A DNA stretch of 61,310 bases, taken from positions 1-61,310 of IMG/VR virus record IMGVR_UViG_3300048895_000049; one strand, given 5' to 3'. The notes below the pieces were generated by a model that worked only from the letters and a program-made list of their open reading frames with translations, had not been told where the DNA came from and did no database searches. The position numbers were made by a program, and so were the translations under genes. This DNA comes from a virus. Its lineage: Duplodnaviria > Caudoviricetes. Every line of letters starts with the position of its first letter. Position 1 is the first letter of the stretch. Shown piece after piece: positions 17,266 through 26,430 of the stretch.

Positions 17266-17528
17266 TCGATCTAGCAGACCGCAAGTTCGCCCGGCTGACA
17301 GTGCTCAGCCGGGCGGCGAGCGGGCGGACAGGCAAGGCGCGCTGGACCTGCCAGTGCGACTGCGGGACGGAGGTGACGGTGTTCAGCACCAGCCTCATCA
17401 GCGGCAACACCAAGTCCTGCGGGTGTCTGCAGCGGGAGAGCGCAGGAGCCCGACGCCGGGCACGGACGGATGGCTATCGCTGGGATATCCCCAGCGAGGT
17501 CAACTACAGCGAAGGAACTGACACGTGA
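17253..17528 (+). CDS. N-terminal Zn-binding module of HNH/AP2-type homing endonuclease, no nuclease domain
   Basis: KFARLTVL..WTCQCDCG..L.SG.TKSCGC. Confidence 0.7.
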   Translation: MVGVVDLADRKFARLTVLSRAASGRTGKARWTCQCDCGTEVTVFSTSLISGNTKSCGCLQRESAGARRRARTDGYRWDIPSEVNYSEGTDT

Positions 17529-18673
17529 GCACCCAACCGATCATCGACCGTCTATCGGGGGCGAAGACCGCCCTCGTGGTGGACAACCCCTTCATCGCCA
17601 CCCTGCTCTGCTCGCAGAAGGTGACGTGGGACGACAAGATGGTGCCGCCGACCATGTCCACGGACGGCAAGCGCCTGACCGTGTGCCCGGCGCACATCGA
17701 GAAGCTATCCCCTCAGGAGGTGCGCTGGGCGCTGGCCAACATCACCATGCGTCTAGTCTTTGGCTGCCACCTGCGCAGCCGGGTCGGCGCTCGCAACCCG
17801 GTGAAGTGGGACATCGCCTGCGACATCGTCATCAACGAGATGCTCGCCGGTGAGAAGCGCGACGGGCGCTCGACGGTGGGCACCATCTGGGACAGCGCGA
17901 TCCGCAACCCGCACCTCTACGAGAAGGGCGGCAAGACCATCGAGGGCGTCTACGCCCTGCTCCCTGAGCCGACCCCCGGAGATGAGGAGAACCGCCAGAG
18001 CGTCGTGGTGTTCGACGGCTCCGAGAGCGAGCAGAGCGAGATGGAGGCGCGTCTCCACGTGCAGATCGCTCAGGCTCGCGACATCGCACGAGCAGCGGGC
18101 AACCTCTCCGAGAGCATGGCCCGGTTCGTCGGTGAGGAACTGACGCCCCGGGTCCGGTGGCAGGACCGGCTGCGGGATTTCTTCACCCGCCGTGCGGCCA
18201 CCGATCTTAGCTGGGCGCGGCCGTCCCGGCGTGGCCTGTCGCAAGGCATCCTGCGCCCCGGCAAGGATGGCGTGGGCATGGACGACATCATGATCGCCGT
18301 CGACCTGTCGGGCTCCGTCTCGCCGGACGAACTGCAGGAGTTCCTGACCGAGCTTCGCGCCATCAAGGTGGACTGCGCGCCGCAGAACACGCACGTCCTC
18401 TACTTCGCCTCGCAGGTGACCAAGTACGAGAGCTTCTCGCAGGACGAGGAGTTGGACCTGCATCCCAACGGGACGGGCGGCACGGCGTTCTCGCCGATCT
18501 TCCGCTATGCCCGGGAGCACGACATCGAGCCGGTGGCCTGCGTGGTCCTGACGGACCTGTACTGCAGCGACTACGGCCCGGTGCCCGAGTACCCGGTCCT
18601 GTGGACCTCGACCGGCGCGGCTGGCCCGACGCCGTTCGGCGAGGTCATCATGCTGCGTGAGCAGGCGTTGTGA
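17525..18673 (+). CDS. DUF2201-like protein: metallopeptidase-like N-domain plus VWA domain
   Basis: TMSTDGK, WDIACDIVIN, MIDAS DLSGS, GTGGTAF.PIF, VLTD. Confidence 0.85.
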   Translation: MSTQPIIDRLSGAKTALVVDNPFIATLLCSQKVTWDDKMVPPTMSTDGKRLTVCPAHIEKLSPQEVRWALANITMRLVFGCHLRSRVGARNPVKWDIACDIVINEMLAGEKRDGRSTVGTIWDSAIRNPHLYEKGGKTIEGVYALLPEPTPGDEENRQSVVVFDGSESEQSEMEARLHVQIAQARDIARAAGNLSESMARFVGEELTPRVRWQDRLRDFFTRRAATDLSWARPSRRGLSQGILRPGKDGVGMDDIMIAVDLSGSVSPDELQEFLTELRAIKVDCAPQNTHVLYFASQVTKYESFSQDEELDLHPNGTGGTAFSPIFRYAREHDIEPVACVVLTDLYCSDYGPVPEYPVLWTSTGAAGPTPFGEVIMLREQAL

Positions 18674-19053
18674 TGGAGCAGCCCAAACTGTTCTACGTCC
18701 GCGATGAGATCGCGGCGATCCGCTACAGCAGGCAGTCTTGGTACGGCCACCCGGAGGCGACCGAGGTGGCCCACCAATACATGAGCTTCCAGAAAGAGTT
18801 CGAGCGGGAGCACAAGCGGCAGCCCAAAGAGGAGGAATGGGAGAGCCCGCTGGTCTGCTGGCTGCTGCTGGACATCGGCTACCGGGAGATCGGCCGCGCC
18901 TTCCCGCCCACCGAGAAGACGCCTCGGTGGGTGTGGGTCGACAGCCGCCACAAGCTGGTCGAGATCGCGCCGCCGATCTCGATGGAGCAACTGGTCACGC
19001 TGATGGTCGAGTATCGTTTGAAGGGGGGCTACGTCGATGACCCGACACTGTGA
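18670..19053 (+). CDS. Hypothetical protein
   Basis: Coupled ORF. Confidence 0.65.
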   Translation: MMEQPKLFYVRDEIAAIRYSRQSWYGHPEATEVAHQYMSFQKEFEREHKRQPKEEEWESPLVCWLLLDIGYREIGRAFPPTEKTPRWVWVDSRHKLVEIAPPISMEQLVTLMVEYRLKGGYVDDPTL

Positions 19054-20206
19054 GTTCAAGATGGAGAGCCGTCGCTACGGCAGCGGCCACACCAACTTCG
19101 CCCAGATCGTCTGCGGCTACTGCAACTACGAAGCATGGACCCCGTCGAAGAACGGCGGCTGGGCCATGCGGGTGTTCCGGGCTCAGGGGTGGAAGGTGGG
19201 CAGCAAGCCCAACCAGCACCGCTGCCCGCAATGTTTCGGACGGGCCATCGCCTCACGGCGCACGCCCGATAACCCTGCCATCCCAAAGGAGATCGGGAAG
19301 TTGATCAAGACACGCATGCTCGAAGGCCACGTGAAGGAGGCGCTGCTAGGTACGTCCATCCTCCACCGAAACCCGCAGATGCAGGAGACCGAGGTCATCA
19401 TGACCGCCGACGACCTGCCGAAGCCGAAGCCCGCTGAGGCCCCTGAACCTGTCCCGGCTCCGAAGCCATGGCCGGATGAGGTTCCGGTCCCTGAGCCCGT
19501 CCCTGAGCCCGCCCTGATGCGGCATCCGACACGAGGCAGGCCCGGCATAGCGGGGGTGACGGTGTTCAGCCGCCGCACCAACGCCGCGCGATCGGCCATC
19601 ACCCAGATCGCCGGGGCCGTGGAGGGCGAGCAGTTCTACACCCTGCCGAAGGGTGACGGCTGGGTCTTCAAGCTGGCCAACGACACCTCGTCCAAGGAGC
19701 GGGCGTGGTGGCGGAACGACCCTCACCCGAAGTGGACGCTGGCTGACGGCGTCCGCAAACCCCCGACCCCACTCGAGCCCGAACCGAAGGAGACCCCCAT
19801 GGCCGCAGCGCCGATCATCCACACCGAGGACCCGATGCCCCAGCACCCCACCGTCGCACCCGTCGCCACCCTCCCGTCCGGCCGTGAGCCGACCCGGGAT
19901 GAGCGCAACACCATCCATGAGGCCCTAACCACGGCCTACGACATCGTCGCCGAAGCCTACATGGGCGGCGGCTCCGACCGCACGCTGGCCGAGAAGCTGA
20001 ACGTGCCCCGCATCTGGGTGCGGGACATGCGTGTCCAGTTCTTCGGCGACCACGACCGCAACGCCATGACCGAGGTCCGCAAGAAAGACCTCGACGAGGC
20101 GATCTCGCTGGCCAAGGCTGCGACCTCCCGCCTGCTTGAGATGGCGGGCGAAGCCGAGACCCTTGAGCAGAGCCTCGTGCTGGCTCGCAAGAAACTGGAG
20201 GGCTGA
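19037..20206 (+). CDS. Phage protein with N-terminal Zn finger and C-terminal HTH-like domain
   Basis: CGYC..CPQC; SDRTLAEKLNVPRIWV..R..FFG. Confidence 0.7.
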   Translation: MTRHCEFKMESRRYGSGHTNFAQIVCGYCNYEAWTPSKNGGWAMRVFRAQGWKVGSKPNQHRCPQCFGRAIASRRTPDNPAIPKEIGKLIKTRMLEGHVKEALLGTSILHRNPQMQETEVIMTADDLPKPKPAEAPEPVPAPKPWPDEVPVPEPVPEPALMRHPTRGRPGIAGVTVFSRRTNAARSAITQIAGAVEGEQFYTLPKGDGWVFKLANDTSSKERAWWRNDPHPKWTLADGVRKPPTPLEPEPKETPMAAAPIIHTEDPMPQHPTVAPVATLPSGREPTRDERNTIHEALTTAYDIVAEAYMGGGSDRTLAEKLNVPRIWVRDMRVQFFGDHDRNAMTEVRKKDLDEAISLAKAATSRLLEMAGEAETLEQSLVLARKKLEG

Positions 20207-20207
20207 G

Positions 20208-20714
20208 ATGGGAGCCGACATCCACATGGTCGTCGAGCGCCGGGTGAAGGTGCGCGACGCCGAGGTCTGGGTAGGCGTCAACGCCTTCCCGTACACTAAG
20301 GCCATGATTTACGATTGGGGTGCGCGCGATGCGGACCCCCCTCGTGAGGTGTCCATCAGCGGCAACTGCCACTATCCCGCGACAGGCAGGAACTACAGCC
20401 TGTTCGCGGCGCTGGCCGGGGTGAGGGGCTCAGGCCCCGCTCCCCTAGGCGTGCCCGACGACGCCTCCGATCTGGCGCTCATGGCGATCGACGGCTGGGG
20501 CGAGGACGGCCACTCCCACTCGTGGATGCTGATGAGCGAGGCGCTGCCGCTGTTCATCAAGCTGGGCCAGTTCGGCGACCCGGCCACTGCGGTGCTGGGG
20601 GCGATGAAGGATGGCACGGTGCGCACCCTCGACGGGTACATGGAGCACTTCTGGCAGATGGACGAGGGCGAGACCCTCGACACCTACCGGCTCATCTTCT
20701 GGTTCGACAACTGA
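20208..20714 (+). CDS. Conserved phage hypothetical protein
   Basis: MGADIH...RNYSLFAALAGVR...HSHSW...RLIFWFDN. Confidence 0.8.
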   Translation: MGADIHMVVERRVKVRDAEVWVGVNAFPYTKAMIYDWGARDADPPREVSISGNCHYPATGRNYSLFAALAGVRGSGPAPLGVPDDASDLALMAIDGWGEDGHSHSWMLMSEALPLFIKLGQFGDPATAVLGAMKDGTVRTLDGYMEHFWQMDEGETLDTYRLIFWFDN

Positions 20715-20989
20715 TGTTCTTCGTGGCGCTGCGCAAACCCTACAAGGGCAACGTCGACGAGGTGCTGATCCGTGGCGACCTGATCATGGAAGTCAGCACG
20801 CGTCGCCAACGCAAGAAAGACGTCGAGTACCAGCCCGAGATCGAGGAGGGGACTGAGAAGGGCACGTGGATTTTGGTCGACCGCCTCGGCTGGATGCCGG
20901 TCATCGAGACCCCGGCTGAGGTGGCCGAGGCCATGCTCTCGGCCGAAGTCGAGTACCGGCGACGGCTGGCGTCACCTACGTCGACATAG
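20714..20989 (+). CDS. Hypothetical protein
   Basis: TGATG coupling. Confidence 0.65.
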   Translation: MFFVALRKPYKGNVDEVLIRGDLIMEVSTRRQRKKDVEYQPEIEEGTEKGTWILVDRLGWMPVIETPAEVAEAMLSAEVEYRRRLASPTST

Positions 20990-21176
20990 GTTACAATACC
21001 CTCCTCCCTGTGGGTGGGAGGTCCCGGCGCAAGCCGGGCGGTAGGCAGATGAGAGCCGTTACATCCTTCTGCAGCAGACCACCGTCGTCCTTCGCCCATG
21101 CTTGCATGGCTATGGTGGGGGGTCAGCCGCAAGGGGGGAGCGATATCCCCCCACCCTCCAGCAGAAGGACGCCCCG

Positions 21177-21431
21177 ATGGACATGATCGACCACTACCTC
21201 GCCGAGATGGACAGCATGGACGACCTGCGGAAGCTGCCCGCGAACAACGACCTCGACAAGAACGCCGTCGCCGCCTTCGCCCGCATGGTCGACAACGAGG
21301 CCACCATCGAGGACCTGCAAGCCTACCGCGCGTGGATCAGCTACCACCGGATGACCGGCATGACGGAGCACGATCTGCACGGAGCCATCGCCGTGGCCAA
21401 CGACACCGCCCGCAAGCTGGGCGTGGCATGA
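21177..21431 (+). CDS. Hypothetical protein, paralog A
   Basis: AAGGA SD; IEDLQAYRAWISYHRM. Confidence 0.7.
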   Translation: MDMIDHYLAEMDSMDDLRKLPANNDLDKNAVAAFARMVDNEATIEDLQAYRAWISYHRMTGMTEHDLHGAIAVANDTARKLGVA

Positions 21432-21655
21432 GCGTGGCGCTCCCACCGATCGGCCAGCCGTATCCTCCCGAGCATATCGCTCAGGGTGCGACGCGGGCCG
21501 TGACCCGGTTCCTGTCTGGACACGGCACGGTCGATGACCTCACCGCCTACCGGGCGTGGATCACGTGGTGGCGCATGAACGGCGACAGCGAGGAGAACCT
21601 CGCCGAGGCCATCATGCGCGCCGACACATGGGCAACAAGGTTTGGCCTCGCATGA
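21428..21655 (+). CDS. Hypothetical protein, paralog B
   Basis: VDDLTAYRAWITWWRM. Confidence 0.65.
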   Translation: MSVALPPIGQPYPPEHIAQGATRAVTRFLSGHGTVDDLTAYRAWITWWRMNGDSEENLAEAIMRADTWATRFGLA

Positions 21656-23553
21656 TCGACCCGTTCTCCATCACCGCGTTCGACGTCGAGACGTGGGGCA
21701 GCGAAGACCTCTACGGCCTGCAGCCGTTCCGCATGCGCACCGGCGAGGCGTGGCTGAACAGCGTGGCCACGGCTGCCTACGTCAACGGTGTGCTGCGCTC
21801 GCGCGCCGTGCGCCGTCCGACCCCCAAGGCCATCGCCGACTGGCTGGACACCATGGCCGGGAAGTACGTGGTCTGCTGGAACACGTCCTTCGATGTGGCG
21901 TGGCTGATCGTGCTGGACGAACTGTACCCGGAGCTTGGCATCCGGGAGAAGGTCTGGGCGGTCAACTGGCTGGACGGCATGCTGCTCTACCGCCACGCCA
22001 TCAACGCGCCGCGCTACCGCGAGGAGGGCCAGATGTCGCTGGGCCTCAAGGAAGCCGTGGTGCAGTTCTTCCCGGCCGAGGCGGGCTATCAGGAGGGCGT
22101 GTCCTTCGACCCGCAGAGCGAGGTGCAGTGGCAGCAGCTGATCTACTACAACAAGCTCGACTGCAAGTTCGCCCTGCGCATCACCATCCTGCTGCTGCAG
22201 ACCCTGCCCGAGAAGATCAAGCGCAACGCCTTCATCGAGGCGCGCTGCCTGCCGCTGGTGGCCGACACCAAGGTGCAGGGCCTGCGGATCAACGAACTCA
22301 AGGCCGCGAAGCTGGGCGACGAACTGCGCATCAAGCGCGACGCCGCCCTGACCACGCTGGCCCTGACCGAGGGCATGCTCGATTGGGAGAAGATCATCGC
22401 CTCGCCGAAGCAGTTGGGCGAACTGCTGTACCAGACGTGGCTGCTGCCGATCCCGCACCTGACCGAGACCGGCAACCCGTCCACCGACAAGGAGGCGCTG
22501 ACCATCCTCGGCTTGGAGGACCCGCGCGCCAACCTGATCTACACCTACCGGGAGTGCCAGACCCGCAAGACCAAGTTCTGCGACGGCGCGATCAACGCGC
22601 TCGACTACAACGGCGACGGCTACGCGCGGCCCGACTTCCGGGTGTTCGGCACCTACACCGGGCGCGGCACCTACTCGTCCAAGGTCGGCAAGAACAAGGC
22701 CGCGCGCCCCAGCGGGATCGCCATCCACCAGTGGGTGAACGACCCTGAGTACCGGGCGCTGATCGAGGTCGACGAGGACAGCGACCTGATCGAGGCCGAC
22801 TTCGCCGGGCAGGAGTACCGCTGGATGGCGGTCGAGAGCGAGGACCCGGTCATGCTGGGGATGTGTGCGCCGGGTGAGGACGCGCACTCGTTCATGGCCA
22901 GCCGGATCAACCCGTCCCTCACCTACGAGTGGATCAGGGCCAACCGCGAGGACGACCCGGTCGCCAAAAAGATCAGGAAGCTGGGGAAGGTGGGCAACCT
23001 GTCGGCGCAGTACCGCACCGGCCCGCCGACCCTGCGCAAGGTGGCCGCGATCCAGCATAGCGTGGCGCTCACCGGCGAGGAGGCGGTGGCGATCGTCAAG
23101 ACCTACCGGCAGACCTACCGCGAGGTGCCTCGCTACTGGTCCCGGCAAATTCAGTTCGCCAAGTCCTTCGGCTACGTCGACACCTTGGCGGGGAGGCGTG
23201 TCCAGCTTGGCGAGTACCACACGTGGCCAGCCGACGACCGCTGGAAGCACGAGAGCACGAGCATCAACTTCCCCATCCAAGGGGTCGGGGCCGACCAGAA
23301 GTACCTCGCCCTGCTGGTGGCGCGGAATTATCTGCCCAAGGTGGGCGGGCGCTTCCTGATGGAGTTGCACGATGGCATGTTCTTCCGCGTGCCCAAGGGG
23401 ACCGGGGAGAAATGCGCCCGCGAACTGCGTCAACTACTGAGCAACCTGCCCTACCGTAGGGCGTGGGGGCTCGACTACGACCTGCCGATCAAGTTCCCGG
23501 TGGATGTAAAGCTTGGCCCCCATTGGGGCGCGTTGAAGGAGTTGCACGACTGA
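21652..23553 (+). CDS. polA: Family A DNA polymerase with 3'-5' exonuclease
   Basis: ExoI DVET, ExoII NTSFD, ExoIII YNKLD; motif A ADFAGQEYR, B RKLGKVGNLSAQY, C LHDG. Confidence 0.93.
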   Translation: MIDPFSITAFDVETWGSEDLYGLQPFRMRTGEAWLNSVATAAYVNGVLRSRAVRRPTPKAIADWLDTMAGKYVVCWNTSFDVAWLIVLDELYPELGIREKVWAVNWLDGMLLYRHAINAPRYREEGQMSLGLKEAVVQFFPAEAGYQEGVSFDPQSEVQWQQLIYYNKLDCKFALRITILLLQTLPEKIKRNAFIEARCLPLVADTKVQGLRINELKAAKLGDELRIKRDAALTTLALTEGMLDWEKIIASPKQLGELLYQTWLLPIPHLTETGNPSTDKEALTILGLEDPRANLIYTYRECQTRKTKFCDGAINALDYNGDGYARPDFRVFGTYTGRGTYSSKVGKNKAARPSGIAIHQWVNDPEYRALIEVDEDSDLIEADFAGQEYRWMAVESEDPVMLGMCAPGEDAHSFMASRINPSLTYEWIRANREDDPVAKKIRKLGKVGNLSAQYRTGPPTLRKVAAIQHSVALTGEEAVAIVKTYRQTYREVPRYWSRQIQFAKSFGYVDTLAGRRVQLGEYHTWPADDRWKHESTSINFPIQGVGADQKYLALLVARNYLPKVGGRFLMELHDGMFFRVPKGTGEKCARELRQLLSNLPYRRAWGLDYDLPIKFPVDVKLGPHWGALKELHD

Positions 23554-23732
23554 TGGTCACCCTGATCACACGACCCATGCCCAAGCCGTTCATCGTCGGT
23601 GCGACCGGCGCGGAGCGCGAGGCCAAGCGTCAGGCATGGCTGGCCACGAAGTGGGGGCCGACGCCGCCGACCAAGGAGACCCGGCAGAACTTCCGCGCCA
23701 TGCTGCGCAAGGCCCGCAAGGTGAAGGCGTGA
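23553..23732 (+). CDS. Small basic hypothetical protein
   Basis: TGATG coupling. Confidence 0.55.
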   Translation: MVTLITRPMPKPFIVGATGAEREAKRQAWLATKWGPTPPTKETRQNFRAMLRKARKVKA

Positions 23733-24208
23733 CCGTCGTTGCGTACGACGGGCTCTACGTCGCCTCCGACCGCCTGATCACCAACGACACCGGCATGCAC
23801 AGCACCTGCCGCAAGATGCACGTGTTCGAGGATCAGGTGCTGGTCACCACCGGCGCGGCCGACCACGGCGAGGCGCTGATCATCTGGTTCAAGGACGGCA
23901 AGAACCCTGCCGCCTTCCCGAAGGAGAGCGGAGGAAACAAGGACGCGTCCCTCTACGTGTTCAAGAACGGATGCCCGGTGATGTGCTTTCAGTTGTGGCC
24001 TGCACCGATTATCTTCACCATGAGCGAGTTCGCTGCGGGCTGCGGCACCGAGATCGCCCGGACCGCGATGCACCTCGGACGTGACGCCCGCGAGGCGGCG
24101 CGGATCACCTGCGAACTGAACGTCTACTGCGGCGGTGGCATTGACTACGTGGACCTGAGCGAACTTGAGATCACCGGCAAGGCAGAGGTGCGAAGCTACA
24201 CCGGCTAA
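23729..24208 (+). CDS. Ntn-hydrolase (proteasome/HslV-like) protein
   Basis: (M)TVVAYDG..ASDR; GCG..A..AMHLG..A.EA..YCGG. Confidence 0.7.
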   Translation: MTVVAYDGLYVASDRLITNDTGMHSTCRKMHVFEDQVLVTTGAADHGEALIIWFKDGKNPAAFPKESGGNKDASLYVFKNGCPVMCFQLWPAPIIFTMSEFAAGCGTEIARTAMHLGRDAREAARITCELNVYCGGGIDYVDLSELEITGKAEVRSYTG

Positions 24209-24223
24209 GCTATACTACAGAGA

Positions 24224-24754
24224 ATGAAGGAGACCCACGTGACTGAACGTATGACTGAGGCGGTCAACCTGCTGATCGAAGCCCCCGACTATGCGTCGCG
24301 GGTGCAGGAGATGACGCGCTCCATCGAGAACCCTAAGCTGCGTGTGGACTACACCGGCAGCCTGTCCTGCCTGAACGTGCTGCTCGACCTCGGAGCGACT
24401 AACCGGGACGGGTTCGAGCGTCTCCTGAAACTCATCGAGGCCAAGCGCATGGAGAGCCCTGCCACCGCCAAGCGGGACTACCAGAAGAACATCATGCGTG
24501 ACCGGCGCAAGCGCATGGCCAAGGCCCTGCTCCTGCACGAGGCCCGGGCGGGTGCGCTCAAGGGCGCGGCGCGGGCTGCGGAGATGGCCGCGATCCGCAC
24601 GCGCTGGGCCAAGGCCAAGGCTGAATACCTCGTCACCCATGAGACCGAGACCGGGACCGAACGACTGGATGCGACCCGGGATTTCTGGGCTATGGTCGAC
24701 AGGCAGTTGGACGCCAACATCGCCAACCTGCACCGAACGTCAGCCGTAGCTTAG
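24224..24754 (+). CDS. Hypothetical protein
   Basis: Clean ORF with helical, basic composition. Confidence 0.7.
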   Translation: MKETHVTERMTEAVNLLIEAPDYASRVQEMTRSIENPKLRVDYTGSLSCLNVLLDLGATNRDGFERLLKLIEAKRMESPATAKRDYQKNIMRDRRKRMAKALLLHEARAGALKGAARAAEMAAIRTRWAKAKAEYLVTHETETGTERLDATRDFWAMVDRQLDANIANLHRTSAVA

Positions 24755-24763
24755 GAGGTTTCC

Positions 24764-24949
24764 ATGCTGGTCTGGGTTCTGATTTTCTACGTGGTCCAAG
24801 GCCCGGTCGTCATCGAGAACATCAAGACCCAAGCGGACTGCGAGGCGGCGGCCAACGTGATCTACGCCGACCTCACCAAGTACAGCCGCAACCGGCCGCC
24901 GCACCTGTGCTTCTCCGTCGTCAAGGGCGCAGGCACCGTCACCAGATAG
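24764..24949 (+). CDS. Small signal-anchored two-Cys protein, paralog A
   Basis: AGGAGG SD; VWVLIFY..CEA..PHLC. Confidence 0.7.
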   Translation: MLVWVLIFYVVQGPVVIENIKTQADCEAAANVIYADLTKYSRNRPPHLCFSVVKGAGTVTR

Positions 24950-24960
24950 GGAGCACGACA

Positions 24961-25131
24961 ATGTCAGTCGTCTGGGTTCTGATCTTCTACGGCCTCAACG
25001 GGTTCGTCGTGGTCGACAACATCTCGTCCAAGGCCAACTGCGAAGCGCTGGCCACCATCGTCCATGACGACGTCTCGGCGGCGGGCGGTAACAACCGACC
25101 TCATCGCTGCGTCGCAGTCCGCAAAGCCTAG
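24961..25131 (+). CDS. Small signal-anchored two-Cys protein, paralog B
   Basis: GGAG SD; VWVLIFY..CEA..PHRC. Confidence 0.7.
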   Translation: MSVVWVLIFYGLNGFVVVDNISSKANCEALATIVHDDVSAAGGNNRPHRCVAVRKA

Positions 25132-25139
25132 GAGCTTCC

Positions 25140-25817
25140 ATGATTGCGTGGTCCCACTCGGTACTCGAGAGTTTCGAGACGTGTCCGTGGCGGCACTATC
25201 TGGTGAAGGTGTCGAAGGAGGTGAACGATCCGCCCGGCCCGGAGATGAGCCGGGGCCGACAGGTCCACACCCTGTTCGAGGGGCGGATCAAGAACCGGAC
25301 CCCGCTGACGGGCACGATGGCCAAGCACGAACCCATCGTCGCGCGGCTGGAGAAGCTGGCCATCGGCGGGAAGATGGAGGCCGAGACCCAGATGGCGCTG
25401 GACCAGAACTACAAGCCCGCCTCATGGTTCAGCAAGCAGACGTGGGTTCGAGCAATCACGGACGTATCCGTCTTCAAAAAGACGAAAGCGTTCGTGGGGG
25501 ACTGGAAGACGGGCAAGCGCAAATCCGAGAGCACCCAACTCAAGCTCTCGGCGGTCGTCCTGTTCGCCACGCACCCTTGGCTGAACGAGATCAGGAACAG
25601 TTTCATCTGGCTCGACGAACCCAACCCGGCCCTGCGCCTGACCGTCGAGACCTATAGCCGAGATCAGGCGAGCGGCATCTGGCAGGAGTTCCTGCCACGC
25701 GTCGCCCGCTTGGAGAACGCCCACGCCACCAACGTCTGGCCGAAGCGACCATCGGGCCTGTGTAAGGCCCATTGCCCTGTGCCTCGCGCCAAGTGCGAGC
25801 ACTCCGGAAACACCTAA
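25140..25817 (+). CDS. Cas4-like PD-(D/E)XK exonuclease
   Basis: WSHS..CP; D..DWKTGK; QL; C-terminal C..C..C cluster. Confidence 0.85.
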   Translation: MIAWSHSVLESFETCPWRHYLVKVSKEVNDPPGPEMSRGRQVHTLFEGRIKNRTPLTGTMAKHEPIVARLEKLAIGGKMEAETQMALDQNYKPASWFSKQTWVRAITDVSVFKKTKAFVGDWKTGKRKSESTQLKLSAVVLFATHPWLNEIRNSFIWLDEPNPALRLTVETYSRDQASGIWQEFLPRVARLENAHATNVWPKRPSGLCKAHCPVPRAKCEHSGNT

Positions 25818-25830
25818 GGACCACCCACGC

Positions 25831-26430
25831 ATGCACATCATGATCGACCTTGAGACCCTAGGTCTCGACCCCATCACGGCTCCGATCATCCAGATCGCCG
25901 CCGAGCCCTTCCGCCTGTTCGAGGACGGACCCTCCATCGAGGTGGCCCCGTTCCGCGTTCTCGTCACCACCTCGTCCAACCTGCGGCCGCCGTTCAACCG
26001 CGAAATCCTGCCCGGCACCGTGGCGTGGTGGGCTAGGACCGACCCGGCCCTGCTGGTCGAGATCATGGAGGGCAAGGGCGTCAACCTCGACGTGGCCCTC
26101 GGCGAACTGTGGACGTGGGTCTCCAACATCCGTGGGCTCGAAGGGGTCTGGGGCAACGGCCCGACCTTCGACATCTCGATGCTGGAGCACGCCTTCCTGC
26201 AGGCGGGCATGGCGATCCCTTGGCACTACCGCACGATCCGCGACGTGCGTACGATGGCCATGATCGCGGGCGACGACGACGCGTGCTGGAACGGTGGCCT
26301 GATCACCGAGATCGAGCGCGACGGCAAGGCCCACAACGCCACGGTCGACTGCCTGCGGCAACTGCGAATGGTGCAGCAGACGTGGCAGCGACGCGTGGAC
26401 CACGAAGCTCCTGCCGAAGTGGTGGCGTGA
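25831..26430 (+). CDS. DEDDh 3'-5' exonuclease (DUF5051-like)
   Basis: MIDLETLG, WGNGPTFD, RDVRT, HNATVD. Confidence 0.88.
   Translation: MHIMIDLETLGLDPITAPIIQIAAEPFRLFEDGPSIEVAPFRVLVTTSSNLRPPFNREILPGTVAWWARTDPALLVEIMEGKGVNLDVALGELWTWVSNIRGLEGVWGNGPTFDISMLEHAFLQAGMAIPWHYRTIRDVRTMAMIAGDDDACWNGGLITEIERDGKAHNATVDCLRQLRMVQQTWQRRVDHEAPAEVVA

Noticed and set aside
21040-21070. Hammerhead or group II intron domain V resemblance (CAGATGAGAGCCG)
   Set aside because: Core consensus and required helices are missing
25140-25817. CRISPR system suggested by the Cas4-like gene
   Set aside because: No array or other cas genes; solo Cas4-like nucleases are common in phage replication modules
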